Below are positions 48,927 to 58,675 of a stretch of DNA of 64,000 nucleotides, piece after piece; the first letter of the stretch is position 1; the number at the start of each line of letters is the position of its first letter. The translations under genes and the position numbers were made by a program. The notes beneath the pieces were generated by a model. It saw only the letters and a list, made by a program, of their open reading frames with translations. It was not told the origin of the DNA and ran no database searches. The stretch is from Bacteroidales bacterium (GTDB taxonomy: Bacteria; Bacteroidota; Bacteroidia; Bacteroidales; UBA12077), in assembly GCA_027859205.1 (NCBI GenBank), contig JAQIBH010000071.1, positions 5,807 to 69,806 on the forward strand, written 5' to 3'.

Positions 48927-51266
48927 TTAGAAATTAAAGTTCCATGTTATTGACGGTATTATTGGAAATACATAAACCTTTTCTGCGGTAGTTATTGTTG
49001 GATCAACTTCATCTTGTCCAAAATAAATCATCCAGGCGTTATGTCTATTATATACATTATAAACTGAGATATTCAATTCGCTATTTAATCGTTTGTTTGG
49101 TTTTTCTTTTCCTTTTAAAGTAATTGATAAATCCATTCGATGATAGTCGGGCATTCTGTAACTATTTCTATCGCTATATATTGGTATAATCATATTTCCC
49201 TGTTCGTATCTACCAGTTGGAAATGTAACAGGCGAGCCTGTTGAATATACCCAGGTTGCAGCAATATTCCATCTTTTCCCTAAATCAAGACTTCCAACGA
49301 TCGCTAAATTGTGTGGTCGATCGTATGACGACGAATATACCATTCCTGAGTTAATCTCCGGAATTTTTCTTTCTGCTTTTGATAATGTATAACTTATCCA
49401 ACCTGTAAATTTCCCTTGTTGTTTACGGATTAGAAACTCTGCTCCATACGACCAGGCATCACCAACTCTAAATTCTCCCTCAAGCTCTGGATTTAGCAAT
49501 AAAGATGCATGATCTCTAAAATCGATTTGATTATCCATATCTTTATAATAAACCTCTACAGATGTTTCGTAATAATCATTTAAGAAATTTCTGAAATATC
49601 CTATCGCAGCTTGATTTGCAAGCTGAGGTTCAATATTGGGACTTGAAGGAAGCCAAACATCTAACGGTGATCCGGCTGTACTATTCGAAGCTAAGTGTAC
49701 ATATTGTTTTGTTCTTGAATAACTAGCTTTTATGGATGACCGTTGATTTAAAGTGTAATTTAAACTTATCCTAGGTTCTAGTCCCGAGAAAGTGTTAAAA
49801 ATATCCCATTGATCATATATAGTTGAATCAATTTTTTGATATGAATCATCAAAGTTATAAACTGTTGATTCTCCCATATTTTGAAATACAGAAACTCTTA
49901 ATCCGTAATTTACTGTTAGTTTTTTTGTTAATTTATGTTCGTTACTTAAATATACAGCATATTCAAGTGCACTTGATTCAGGCATTCGAAGAGAATTGTC
50001 AATAGAGTCTCCTGTACTATGTGCATATCCCGGATTGAAATGATGGTGAATTGCTTCCAATCCAAACTTAATAGTATTACTAGGGTTTGGATAATAATTA
50101 AAATCTGCTTTGAATTTAAAGTCTTCTAAGTTAGATGTCCATTTAAATCCAATATCATTCGAACCACTTTCCATAATATAATCATACTTGCTATAAATAA
50201 ATGAAAAGTTTGAGAATAGTTTCTCGGAAAACAGGTGATTCCATCTGGCAGTAAGAGTATAATTCCCCCAATCAAAGCCAAACATATCACCAAATTTTAA
50301 AACATCTCGTCCGAAATAACCAGATACATATATTCTATCTTTATCACTAATTTTATAATTTGTTTTTAAGTTTAAATCATAAAAATATAGTTGGTTAGAT
50401 TTAACGGCATCGTCGCTTGATAATAATAGAAACAGGTCGGCATATGTTCTTCTTCCAGCAATTAGTACAGATCCTTTGTCTTTAACAATTGGACCTTCTA
50501 TTGTTAATCTCGATGAAATTAGACCTAAACCACCGGTAGCATGCCATTCCTTTTGATTTCCTTCTTTCATTCTAATATCCAAAAGGGAAGATAATCGACC
50601 TCCGTATTCTGCAGGAATATCTCCTTTGTATAATTTTAAGTCTTTAATGGCATCATTATTAAATACCGAAAAGAAACCCATTAAATGTGATGCATTATAA
50701 ACCGTAGCTTCATCAAAGAGAATTAGGTTTTGGTCAGGACTTCCACCCCGTACGTTAAAACCAGAAAACCCTTCACCTGTCGCTTGCACTCCTGGCAACA
50801 ATTGTATTGCTTTTATAACATCAACTTCTCCAAATAAAGCGGGAATTCTTTTTATATCTTTTGCCTGTAATTTTATTGTACTCATTTCGGTTTTAACAAC
50901 ATTCTCATTTTTTCTTTCTGCTGTTATAACAACTTCTTCTATGGTTTTCGAAGTTTCAAATAATGTGATATTTATATTTTGATTTTTATTGAGGCTGATT
51001 TTTTCAGAAAGCGTTGTACATCCCATATATGAATAATCAACATCGTAATTTCCCTCGTTTACAGTAATGGAATAAAATCCGTAGACATTGGTAACAGTAC
51101 CTGCTTCTAAATTTTTAATATAAATTGTAGCTCCAATTAGTTCTTCACCTGCTGCGTCTTTTACAAAACCACTTATAGTATATTTTTTTTGGGAAAATGA
51201 AGAGGCAGATATAATAACTAATAATGCAATTATTAAAAATCGTTTCATGCTTGAGTTTTTGTACAT
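48927..51266 (-). CDS. TonB-dependent receptor with N-terminal carboxypeptidase-regulatory-like domain
   Basis: 779 aa. YTISGFVKDAAGEELIGATIYI (CarboxypepD_reg), plug region with DVIKAIQLLPGV, C-terminal beta-barrel ending WNFNF. Confidence 0.88.
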   Translation of the reverse strand: MYKNSSMKRFLIIALLVIISASSFSQKKYTISGFVKDAAGEELIGATIYIKNLEAGTVTNVYGFYSITVNEGNYDVDYSYMGCTTLSEKISLNKNQNINITLFETSKTIEEVVITAERKNENVVKTEMSTIKLQAKDIKRIPALFGEVDVIKAIQLLPGVQATGEGFSGFNVRGGSPDQNLILFDEATVYNASHLMGFFSVFNNDAIKDLKLYKGDIPAEYGGRLSSLLDIRMKEGNQKEWHATGGLGLISSRLTIEGPIVKDKGSVLIAGRRTYADLFLLLSSDDAVKSNQLYFYDLNLKTNYKISDKDRIYVSGYFGRDVLKFGDMFGFDWGNYTLTARWNHLFSEKLFSNFSFIYSKYDYIMESGSNDIGFKWTSNLEDFKFKADFNYYPNPSNTIKFGLEAIHHHFNPGYAHSTGDSIDNSLRMPESSALEYAVYLSNEHKLTKKLTVNYGLRVSVFQNMGESTVYNFDDSYQKIDSTIYDQWDIFNTFSGLEPRISLNYTLNQRSSIKASYSRTKQYVHLASNSTAGSPLDVWLPSSPNIEPQLANQAAIGYFRNFLNDYYETSVEVYYKDMDNQIDFRDHASLLLNPELEGEFRVGDAWSYGAEFLIRKQQGKFTGWISYTLSKAERKIPEINSGMVYSSSYDRPHNLAIVGSLDLGKRWNIAATWVYSTGSPVTFPTGRYEQGNMIIPIYSDRNSYRMPDYHRMDLSITLKGKEKPNKRLNSELNISVYNVYNRHNAWMIYFGQDEVDPTITTAEKVYVFPIIPSITWNFNF

Positions 51267-51298
51267 TTGCTTATTAATTGAAAATGGATTTTACAACA

Positions 51299-51306
51299 CA
51301 AATTTA
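51299..51306 (-). promoter_or_regulatory. Putative -7 promoter box (TAAATTTG on minus strand)
   Basis: The plus strand reads CAAATTTA, 33 nt upstream of ATG 51266. Confidence 0.45.
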
Positions 51307-51348
51307 ATGCCACTGTCAATATTCAAAAATAGCCACAATTAAAATGAA

Positions 51349-52974
51349 TCAATCTTCTTTTCGTTTAATTATTGATTTATTTAATATGTTTTGCACAATA
51401 GCATATAAAAAAATAAATATAGCAAGAAAACTCGCAATTCTTCCAATATAATCACCATATATTACGTAAAAAGTTAATTTGGAATTAGCTTTAATAGTAC
51501 CTTTTATTGCATCACGAACCCACCACTGTGTTCTGTTTAAAATTTCGCCTCGTTGATTTATGAACCCCGAAATTCCTGTATTTGCAGATCTCGCAACGCT
51601 TCTTCTTGTCTCTATGGCTCGCAGCTGTGAATAGTTTAAATGTTGTTTATATCCCGCAGAGTTTCCCCACCATCCGTCGTTAGTAACTACGAAAATAAAG
51701 TTGGCGCCATTTTTAATATAATTGGTAACAAATTCTCCATAAATTGATTCATAACATATTACAGGAGCAATTCTCATTTCATCAACTGAGTGTTTAAACG
51801 TTCCCCGATATTTTTGAGTTCCTCGACTACCTGTGGTTCCTCCTAGATTCACAATAACATTATTTAATAGTTTAAATAATTTGGGATAAGGCATTTTTTC
51901 CACACCCACAACTAATTTTGATTTATGGTAAATTGGGATAAAGTTACTTGTATCTATTTGTATAGCAGAATTATAAGCGTCATAATAAAATTTCTCTTTT
52001 TCCCAATACCGCGTTGTAGGCGAATGCTCCTCTTCCGGCATATATCTTTTATAACAATCAATTCCCGTAATAAAATTTACATTAGGATTATTATTAACGA
52101 AATTTCTAACAGCTTGAATAGAATAATTAGCTTCTAAATTATTTATCCAAATAGAATTGCCAAGCACTGTTTCGGGCCCAACTACATAATCAGTATTTTC
52201 ATCGGTAATGCTGTCTGCTAAATTTAATAATATGTTTAACTGTTGGGAATGTGATAATCCGCCAAATTTATCATTATATGGATCGATATTAGGCTGAAGA
52301 ACTGCAATATTATAGTCATCTCCATCTTCTTGATAATTTCTGAATATAAAAATTGATATTATTATTGGAATAAATATTAATGCGGCTAGAATTGAAATTT
52401 GCGAAAGTAATGGTTTGTATTTTCTTAGATTAATAAAAGATTTTAGGAGATTTAAAAGTAATATGTTTACAAGAATAATCCAGAACGTTCCGCCCAATGT
52501 GCCAGTAAATTCGTACCATTGAATAAGTTTAATGTCTTTTGCAAATGCATTACCTAAATTTAGCCATGGCCATGAAATTTCTGCATTTAAATACAAGTGT
52601 TCAAATCCTATCCAATAAACTAATAATGAAATTTGTCCGATTTTAGTACCTAGTTTCTTTTTGGTAAAATGAAATAACCAAAAAGTTGAAGTCATTAATA
52701 AGGTGTTTATAATTACTGCCGAAATAGCACCAAAAAGAGTAGCATTATGGATCCAATAAGTGGTTAATGTATTCCATATTGAAAAACTAAGAGCTGCGTA
52801 AGCAAATAGAATTATTGATTTATTAATCTTTTGTGTTTTGTAAATATAATCTTCAATAAAAAGAAGTGGTACAAAGGCTACCAGAATGATTATTCCGGAA
52901 AATTGCTGATACCATGGTAATGTTAGTAAAATACTACTTAGAATTGCTAATGTAAATCGAGATGTCTTTTTCAT
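51349..52974 (-). CDS. lnt: Apolipoprotein N-acyltransferase
   Basis: 541 aa. Polytopic N-terminus, then a CN-hydrolase domain with VVGPETV (Glu), HKSKLV (Lys) and VICYES (Cys). Confidence 0.88.
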   Translation of the reverse strand: MKKTSRFTLAILSSILLTLPWYQQFSGIIILVAFVPLLFIEDYIYKTQKINKSIILFAYAALSFSIWNTLTTYWIHNATLFGAISAVIINTLLMTSTFWLFHFTKKKLGTKIGQISLLVYWIGFEHLYLNAEISWPWLNLGNAFAKDIKLIQWYEFTGTLGGTFWIILVNILLLNLLKSFINLRKYKPLLSQISILAALIFIPIIISIFIFRNYQEDGDDYNIAVLQPNIDPYNDKFGGLSHSQQLNILLNLADSITDENTDYVVGPETVLGNSIWINNLEANYSIQAVRNFVNNNPNVNFITGIDCYKRYMPEEEHSPTTRYWEKEKFYYDAYNSAIQIDTSNFIPIYHKSKLVVGVEKMPYPKLFKLLNNVIVNLGGTTGSRGTQKYRGTFKHSVDEMRIAPVICYESIYGEFVTNYIKNGANFIFVVTNDGWWGNSAGYKQHLNYSQLRAIETRRSVARSANTGISGFINQRGEILNRTQWWVRDAIKGTIKANSKLTFYVIYGDYIGRIASFLAIFIFLYAIVQNILNKSIIKRKED

Positions 52975-53867
52975 GTTTGCTTACGCTGATTAACTAGATA
53001 AACTCCGGTTAAGATTAATCCAATCCATAAAAACTGAATTATTGTAAATTTTTCGCCATCAAAAAGGCCCCACATAATTGCAAATATCGGGATAAGATAA
53101 GTTACTGAAGCTCCAAAAAGAGCTGACGTATATTGAATTAATGTATTAAAAATTGCCAAAGCCAATACCGTTCCAACGACTGCTAATATTGCAATATAAA
53201 AAAAATTTAATATGTAATCATCAGTCGATAATGCAAATGAAAAATCAGTAAAGAGCAAATATATTCCTGTAAATGGACCCACAAACATAAAGGCCAATGA
53301 AGTAAGCTCTAAACCAGTTAATCCCTTTATTTTATATTTTACTTGATTTACATTAAATCCATAGCAAATAGTTGCAACAACAATAAATAGTCCATAATAA
53401 TTAAAATTTCCAATAATACTATTACCATTATATGAATTACTTATTAAACCTATTGCGCCTATAAAACCTAAGAAAATTCCAACTATATTAATTGTTTTTG
53501 CTTTACTATTATATAAAATTAATCCAATAATTAAAGTAAAGAGTGGTGTAACCGAGTTTAATACACCAGCAAGTCCACTATCAATATTTGTTTGTGCTTT
53601 AGCGAATAAGAATGCTGGTATTGTTGATCCAATAAAACCAACAATAAGTAAAGAAATAATATTTTCTTTGTTTACTTTTTTAAAGTGCTTTATACCAAAT
53701 GGTAGAAAAGCTAAAAAGGAAATAAATATTCGAAAAGCAGCAACTTGATCGTGACTATACGAGCGAAGTCCTTTTTTCATTAGAATGAAACTGCTCCCCC
53801 AAATTAATGAAAGAAAAATTAATGTAATCCACTGCCAAACTTTCTTGTTTAAGTCTATTTTGTACAT
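52971..53867 (-). CDS. EamA/DMT-family transporter
   Basis: 298 aa, hydrophobic duplicated DMT layout. Its stop overlaps the lnt start by 4 nt. Confidence 0.75.
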   Translation of the reverse strand: MYKIDLNKKVWQWITLIFLSLIWGSSFILMKKGLRSYSHDQVAAFRIFISFLAFLPFGIKHFKKVNKENIISLLIVGFIGSTIPAFLFAKAQTNIDSGLAGVLNSVTPLFTLIIGLILYNSKAKTINIVGIFLGFIGAIGLISNSYNGNSIIGNFNYYGLFIVVATICYGFNVNQVKYKIKGLTGLELTSLAFMFVGPFTGIYLLFTDFSFALSTDDYILNFFYIAILAVVGTVLALAIFNTLIQYTSALFGASVTYLIPIFAIMWGLFDGEKFTIIQFLWIGLILTGVYLVNQRKQT

Positions 53868-53981
53868 ACTGTAAAATTAGGTGCGTAAAGATATGATATA
53901 AATTAACAAAATATTTGACCTCTTGTTTTATCTTTTTATAAATAGAAGTTTTATTTAGATAGGATTCTGGATCAAAAAAGC

Positions 53982-53989
53982 TAATTTTG
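53982..53989 (+). promoter_or_regulatory. Putative -7 promoter box (TAatTTTG)
   Basis: Exact TAnnTTTG match 24 nt upstream of ATG 54014, supporting that start over 53987. Confidence 0.45.
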
Positions 53990-54013
53990 CATTTAATTTG
54001 CAAATTTAAATTA

Positions 54014-55438
54014 ATGAATCACTTAAAGTTATATATAGGTGGAGAATTTGTGGAAACAGGTCAAAAATTATCTGTTACTAATCCATTTGATAATTCGCTT
54101 GTTGGTGAAACATATATTGCAGGAAAAGAGGAGTTGGAAATAGCTATTGAAAAGGCATTGCTGGTTAAAGATAAAATGCGTGATTTGGCTTCCTGGCAGA
54201 AATATAAAATATTAAACGAAATAGCTAATAAAATAAGTGCGAAGAAAAATGAATTAGCAATATTATTAGCCCAAGAAGCTGGGAAACCTTTAAAATATGC
54301 TTTAGGTGAAATTGAAAGAGCAATTCAAGTTTTTACAATTGCAGCAGAAGAATCTAAACGATTACCCAAAGAATATTTTTCAATGGACTGGACTCCGGCA
54401 GGTGATGGAAAGGAAGGTTTCGTAAAATATTTTCCTATTGGATTAATTACAGGAATTGCTCCATTTAATTTCCCTTTAAATTTGGCAGTACATAAAATTG
54501 CCCCTGCTATTGCTTCTGGAAATTTAATAATTATAAAGCCTGCAAGATCAACGCCTTTATCGGTATTGGAGTTAGCTAAAATTATTGATGAAACAGATTT
54601 GCCTAAAGGCGCATTTTCTGTTCTCCCAATGGATCGAGAGGCTGGAAATCAATTGGTTACAGACAATAGAATTAATATGCTTTCTTTTACGGGCTCTCCA
54701 GAAGTAGGATGGAAAATGAAAGCAAATGCGGGTAAAAAGAAAGTTGCTTTGGAATTAGGTGGAAATGCTGGAGTAATTGTTTCCAATGATTCTGATATTG
54801 ATTTGGCGGTTAAGAAATGTTTGATTGGGGGTTTTGCATTTTCTGGTCAAGTTTGTATTCATGTTCAAAGAATATATGTGAACGAAAATATCTTTGATGA
54901 ATTTGTAAATAAATGTATTATTGGTATAAAAAAATTGAAATTTGGTACACCCGAAGATCCAAATACCGACATATCAGTAATGATTGATGAAGAAAATGCT
55001 ATTCGTGTTGAAACCTGGGTTAATGATGCAGTAAGCGAAGGAGCTGAAATTCTATATGGAGGAAAAAGGGAAGGAAACTATTTCGAACCAACTATTATTA
55101 CAAGTACAAAAAAGGAAATGAAAGTATGTGCTTTAGAAGTATTTGGTCCGGTAGTTACAATAGAAAAATTTATGAACTTCGGTGATGCAGTTAAAAATGT
55201 AAATGATTCGGATTATGGATTACAGGCTGGGGTTTTTACAAATCAGATTAAAGAAATGAATGAGGCTTTTAATGAATTAGAAGTCGGTGGCGTAATTATA
55301 AATGATGTACCAACTTTTAGGGTTGATCATATGCCTTATGGTGGCGTTAAAAATTCAGGTTTTGGACGAGAAGGAATTAAATATTCAATATTTGAAATGC
55401 TTGAACCTAAATTGTTAGTGAAAAATGCCGATTATTAG
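54014..55438 (+). CDS. NAD(P)-dependent aldehyde dehydrogenase
   Basis: About 474 aa. FTGSPEVG, catalytic ELGGNA and GQVCIHVQR, C-terminal PYGGVKNSGFGREG. Confidence 0.88.
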   Translation: MNHLKLYIGGEFVETGQKLSVTNPFDNSLVGETYIAGKEELEIAIEKALLVKDKMRDLASWQKYKILNEIANKISAKKNELAILLAQEAGKPLKYALGEIERAIQVFTIAAEESKRLPKEYFSMDWTPAGDGKEGFVKYFPIGLITGIAPFNFPLNLAVHKIAPAIASGNLIIIKPARSTPLSVLELAKIIDETDLPKGAFSVLPMDREAGNQLVTDNRINMLSFTGSPEVGWKMKANAGKKKVALELGGNAGVIVSNDSDIDLAVKKCLIGGFAFSGQVCIHVQRIYVNENIFDEFVNKCIIGIKKLKFGTPEDPNTDISVMIDEENAIRVETWVNDAVSEGAEILYGGKREGNYFEPTIITSTKKEMKVCALEVFGPVVTIEKFMNFGDAVKNVNDSDYGLQAGVFTNQIKEMNEAFNELEVGGVIINDVPTFRVDHMPYGGVKNSGFGREGIKYSIFEMLEPKLLVKNADY

Positions 55439-55575
55439 ATTATAGATGTGTTCCTAAAGCAAAAAAAGCAGGAATGTAAAATGTTATTTCGAATGAATAG
55501 CAAAGAATTAAGTAAACAATTGGAAATTGAAACTGTTGGCATTTTAGACATTTCAATCTTTAGACATAAATTATT

Positions 55576-56202
55576 GTGGAAATAGGGTTTTTATTAAAGG
55601 GACTAATTGTAGGATTTTTAGCTTCGATACCTTTAGGACCTGTTGGGGTTCTAAGTATCCAAAGGACTATTAACAAAGGGGTGACTTCTGGATTAATTTC
55701 TGGAATGGGTGCAGCAACAGTTGATGCTTTTTTTGCTTTAGTTGCTGCTTTAGGATTAACGTTTATTATTAATTTTATTGAGGAACAACAGTTTTTTATT
55801 CAATTACTTGGAGGAGGAGTCTTAATTCTTTTAGGAACAAGAATTTTTAGCACAAATCCTATAAAACAAATTCGAAGACACAGGAAACAAAAAAACAAAC
55901 TAATTGAAGATTATTTTTCTGTAGTTTTTTTAACTCTGTCAAATCCATTAGCGGTATTCCTTTTTGTTGCTGCTTTCGCAGGAATTGGAATGGTTACATC
56001 AAAGGATACTCCTTTAAGTTCTTCATTAATTATTTCTGGTGTGTTTATGGGAGCAATGATGTGGTGGTCTACACTTACTTTTTTAATAAATTTATTTAGA
56101 AAACGATTTAGGCTAAAACAATTATGGTGGATAAATAAGATAGCAGGAATATTTATTATTGTGTTTGGTGTAGCTGCTATGTTAGCTGTTTTCTTTGAAT
56201 AA
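55576..56202 (+). CDS. LysE/RhtB-family amino acid exporter
   Basis: 208 aa, GTG start. GFLASIPLGPVG N-terminal motif and six hydrophobic segments. Confidence 0.7.
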   Translation: MEIGFLLKGLIVGFLASIPLGPVGVLSIQRTINKGVTSGLISGMGAATVDAFFALVAALGLTFIINFIEEQQFFIQLLGGGVLILLGTRIFSTNPIKQIRRHRKQKNKLIEDYFSVVFLTLSNPLAVFLFVAAFAGIGMVTSKDTPLSSSLIISGVFMGAMMWWSTLTFLINLFRKRFRLKQLWWINKIAGIFIIVFGVAAMLAVFFE

Positions 56203-56236
56203 ATATGTTGAGACTCTTAATTATAAAAAGAATAAA

Positions 56237-56839
56237 ATGAATATAAAATCGGCTGAATTTGTTTCAAGTTATGTGACTTATAAAGATTGTCCAAAATCTG
56301 AGATGCCAGAATATGCTTTTGTAGGCAGATCTAATGTTGGGAAATCTACCTTAATTAATATGCTGGTTAGCAAGAAGAAACTTGCCAAAACTTCACAAAG
56401 TCCTGGTAAAACGCAATTAATAAATCAGTTTATTATAAATGATAAATGGTACTTAACCGATTTGCCAGGTTATGGATATGCCAAAGTAGCAAAATCAATG
56501 CGAAAAGATTTTAATAAACTTATTAACGAATATGCACTAAACAGAGAAAATTTAATGTGTCTTTTTGTTTTAATAGATTCAAGACACGAACCTCAAAAAA
56601 ATGATTTAGGCTTTATGCGATGGTTAGGCGAAAAACAAGTCCCTTTTGCAATGGTTTTTACTAAAATTGATAAGCTTTCGAGTTCAGCTGTTAACAAAAA
56701 TATCATAAATTATAAAAAAGAAATGTTAAAAGAGTGGGAAGCATTACCAGAAATATTTGAAACATCGGCAGAACAATTGATAGGTAAAAAAGAAATCTTA
56801 AATTATATTGATAAAATAAATAGTACTGTGAAAATTTAA
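56237..56839 (+). CDS. engB: Ribosome biogenesis GTPase YsxC/EngB
   Basis: Start at ATG 56237. G1 GRSNVGKSTLIN, DLPGYG, TKIDK. Confidence 0.88.
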   Translation: MNIKSAEFVSSYVTYKDCPKSEMPEYAFVGRSNVGKSTLINMLVSKKKLAKTSQSPGKTQLINQFIINDKWYLTDLPGYGYAKVAKSMRKDFNKLINEYALNRENLMCLFVLIDSRHEPQKNDLGFMRWLGEKQVPFAMVFTKIDKLSSSAVNKNIINYKKEMLKEWEALPEIFETSAEQLIGKKEILNYIDKINSTVKI

Positions 56840-56891
56840 AATCATTAGTTAAATTTTCGCGCAAAGTCAATGAAAATTAGAATGATATTTT

Positions 56892-56899
56892 TACATTTG
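56892..56899 (+). promoter_or_regulatory. Putative -7 promoter box (TAcaTTTG)
   Basis: Exact TAnnTTTG match 40 nt upstream of the prs ATG. Confidence 0.45.
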
Positions 56900-56939
56900 C
56901 AAGTCCAAAATAGGAATATAATTTGAAAAATTAATAAAA

Positions 56940-57878
56940 ATGAATCATCAACCTCCAATTAAGATTTTTTCAGGAACAAAATCACGATACATTGCAGAAA
57001 AAATAGCAAAGGAGTATGGTATTGAGCTGGGAAGTACTGCGTTTCTGGAATTTAGTGATGGAGAATTCCAAACTTCATATGAAGAGACTGTTCGAGGATC
57101 ATATGTTTTTATAATTCAATCAACTTTTCCTCCATCAGATAATTTAATGGAGTTATTGTTAATGATTGATGCTGCAAAACGGGCTTCTGCTTATAAGGTT
57201 GTTGCAGTAATGCCTTATTTTGGATTTGCACGTCAAGACAGAAAAGATAAACCACGAGTTTCAATAGGAGCTAAGTTGGTTGCTAATATTCTTACAGCTG
57301 CAGGCGTTGATCGAATTATGACAATGGATTTACATGCTGATCAAATTCAAGGATTCTTTGATGTTCCTGTTGATCATCTTTATGCATCATCTATTTTTGT
57401 TCCATATATTAAAAGTTTAAATCTTGATAATTTAGTTATTGCAGCTCCAGATATGGGCGGAACAAAAAGAGCAAATGCTTATTCAAAATTTTTGGGTACT
57501 CAAATGGTAATTTGTCATAAATCAAGGAAAAAGGCTAATGTTATCGATGAACTTACTGTAATTGGCGATGTTGTAGGGAAAAATGTAGTTATTCTCGATG
57601 ACATGATTGATACTGCTGGTACTGTTACTAAAGCAGCCGACATGATGATTGAAAAAGGTGCTATTAGTGTAAGAGTTATTGTTACTCATGGAGTCCTATC
57701 GGGTCCTGCATACGAAAGAATTAACGATTCGAAAATTACTGAAGTAGTTGTAACAGATACATTGCCTATTAAACCAATTTCTGATAAGATAAAAGTATTA
57801 TCTGTAGCTGATGTTTTTGCAGATGTAATTAATAAAGTATATAATTATCAGTCGATAAGTTCCAATTTTATAGTTTAA
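56940..57878 (+). CDS. prs: Ribose-phosphate pyrophosphokinase
   Basis: 312 aa. YFGFARQDRK, DLHADQIQGFF, ILDDMIDTAGT PRPP-binding loop. Confidence 0.93.
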   Translation: MNHQPPIKIFSGTKSRYIAEKIAKEYGIELGSTAFLEFSDGEFQTSYEETVRGSYVFIIQSTFPPSDNLMELLLMIDAAKRASAYKVVAVMPYFGFARQDRKDKPRVSIGAKLVANILTAAGVDRIMTMDLHADQIQGFFDVPVDHLYASSIFVPYIKSLNLDNLVIAAPDMGGTKRANAYSKFLGTQMVICHKSRKKANVIDELTVIGDVVGKNVVILDDMIDTAGTVTKAADMMIEKGAISVRVIVTHGVLSGPAYERINDSKITEVVVTDTLPIKPISDKIKVLSVADVFADVINKVYNYQSISSNFIV

Positions 57879-57883
57879 TATTA

Positions 57884-57891
57884 TATATTTG
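57884..57891 (+). promoter_or_regulatory. Putative -7 promoter box (TAtaTTTG)
   Basis: Exact TAnnTTTG match 98 nt upstream of the rplY ATG, which implies a long leader. Confidence 0.4.
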
Positions 57892-57989
57892 CACACCAAA
57901 ATAAAGCATATTGTAAAAAAGTGTGATGGGGAATAAGAAGCTTTTTAAATTTTTAAGATTATTCTGAGTAGCACGTAATTAGAAAAGAA

Positions 57990-58649
57990 ATGAAATCAGT
58001 TGAAGTAAAAGGTAGTTTAAGAGAAGTAGTTGGGAAAGCAACTTCTAAAAGTTTAAGAAGAGAAGATCAGATACCTTGTGTAATATATGGTAATGGTAAG
58101 AATGTTCATTTTCATACTCATGAGAGATCTTTCAAAAAAATAGTTTATACACCAAATGCATATCTTGTAGAAATTGATATTGATGGTAAAGTATATCAAA
58201 CAGTTTTAAGAGATATTCAATTTCATGCTGTATCTGATAAAATTATTCATGCAGACTTTTTTGAAGTTACTGAAAAAGAACCTTTATGGATAAAGATGCC
58301 TATTGTTACTGAAGGAATTCCTGTTGGAGTTACAAATGGTGGAAGATTAGTTCAAAAAATGCGAAAGGTAAAAGTTAATGGATTGTTAAGTGCTTTACCT
58401 GAAGACATTAGAATTGATATCTCTGAAATAGCAATTGGCCAATCAATAAAGATTGCTGACATGAAAATTGATGGGCTTGAATTTATGGAGTCTGCAAATT
58501 CTGTTATAGTGCTTGTTAAAACTGCTCGTGCTGCTGTTCTTGACGAAGTCGAAGGCGAAGAAGGCGAAGAGGGTGAAGAAGGTGAAGAAGATGAAGAAGG
58601 TGCTGAAGGCGAAGCTTCTGCAAAAGGAGGAGACGCTCCTGCTGAATAA
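57990..58649 (+). CDS. rplY: 50S ribosomal protein L25 / general stress protein Ctc, with acidic C-terminal tail
   Basis: 219 aa. GKATSKSLRREDQIPCVIYG start, Ctc-type two-domain length, position between prs and pth. Confidence 0.9.
   Translation: MKSVEVKGSLREVVGKATSKSLRREDQIPCVIYGNGKNVHFHTHERSFKKIVYTPNAYLVEIDIDGKVYQTVLRDIQFHAVSDKIIHADFFEVTEKEPLWIKMPIVTEGIPVGVTNGGRLVQKMRKVKVNGLLSALPEDIRIDISEIAIGQSIKIADMKIDGLEFMESANSVIVLVKTARAAVLDEVEGEEGEEGEEGEEDEEGAEGEASAKGGDAPAE
58551..58613 (+). repeat. Imperfect 9-bp tandem repeat x7 (GAAGGYGAA) inside rplY
   Basis: Read directly: GAAGGCGAA GAAGGCGAA GAGGGTGAA GAAGGTGAA GAAGATGAA GAAGGTGCT GAAGGCGAA, encoding EGE EGE EGE EGE EDE EGA EGE. Confidence 0.85.
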
Positions 58650-58675
58650 TACAATAATTTAAACAGATAATTGGT

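Noticed and set aside
51262-51269. Plus-strand TAcaTTTG promoter-like box
   Set aside because: It lies inside the first codons of the minus-strand TonB-dependent receptor and no plus-strand gene follows it. It is probably a chance match, and shows that the motif alone is not proof of a promoter.
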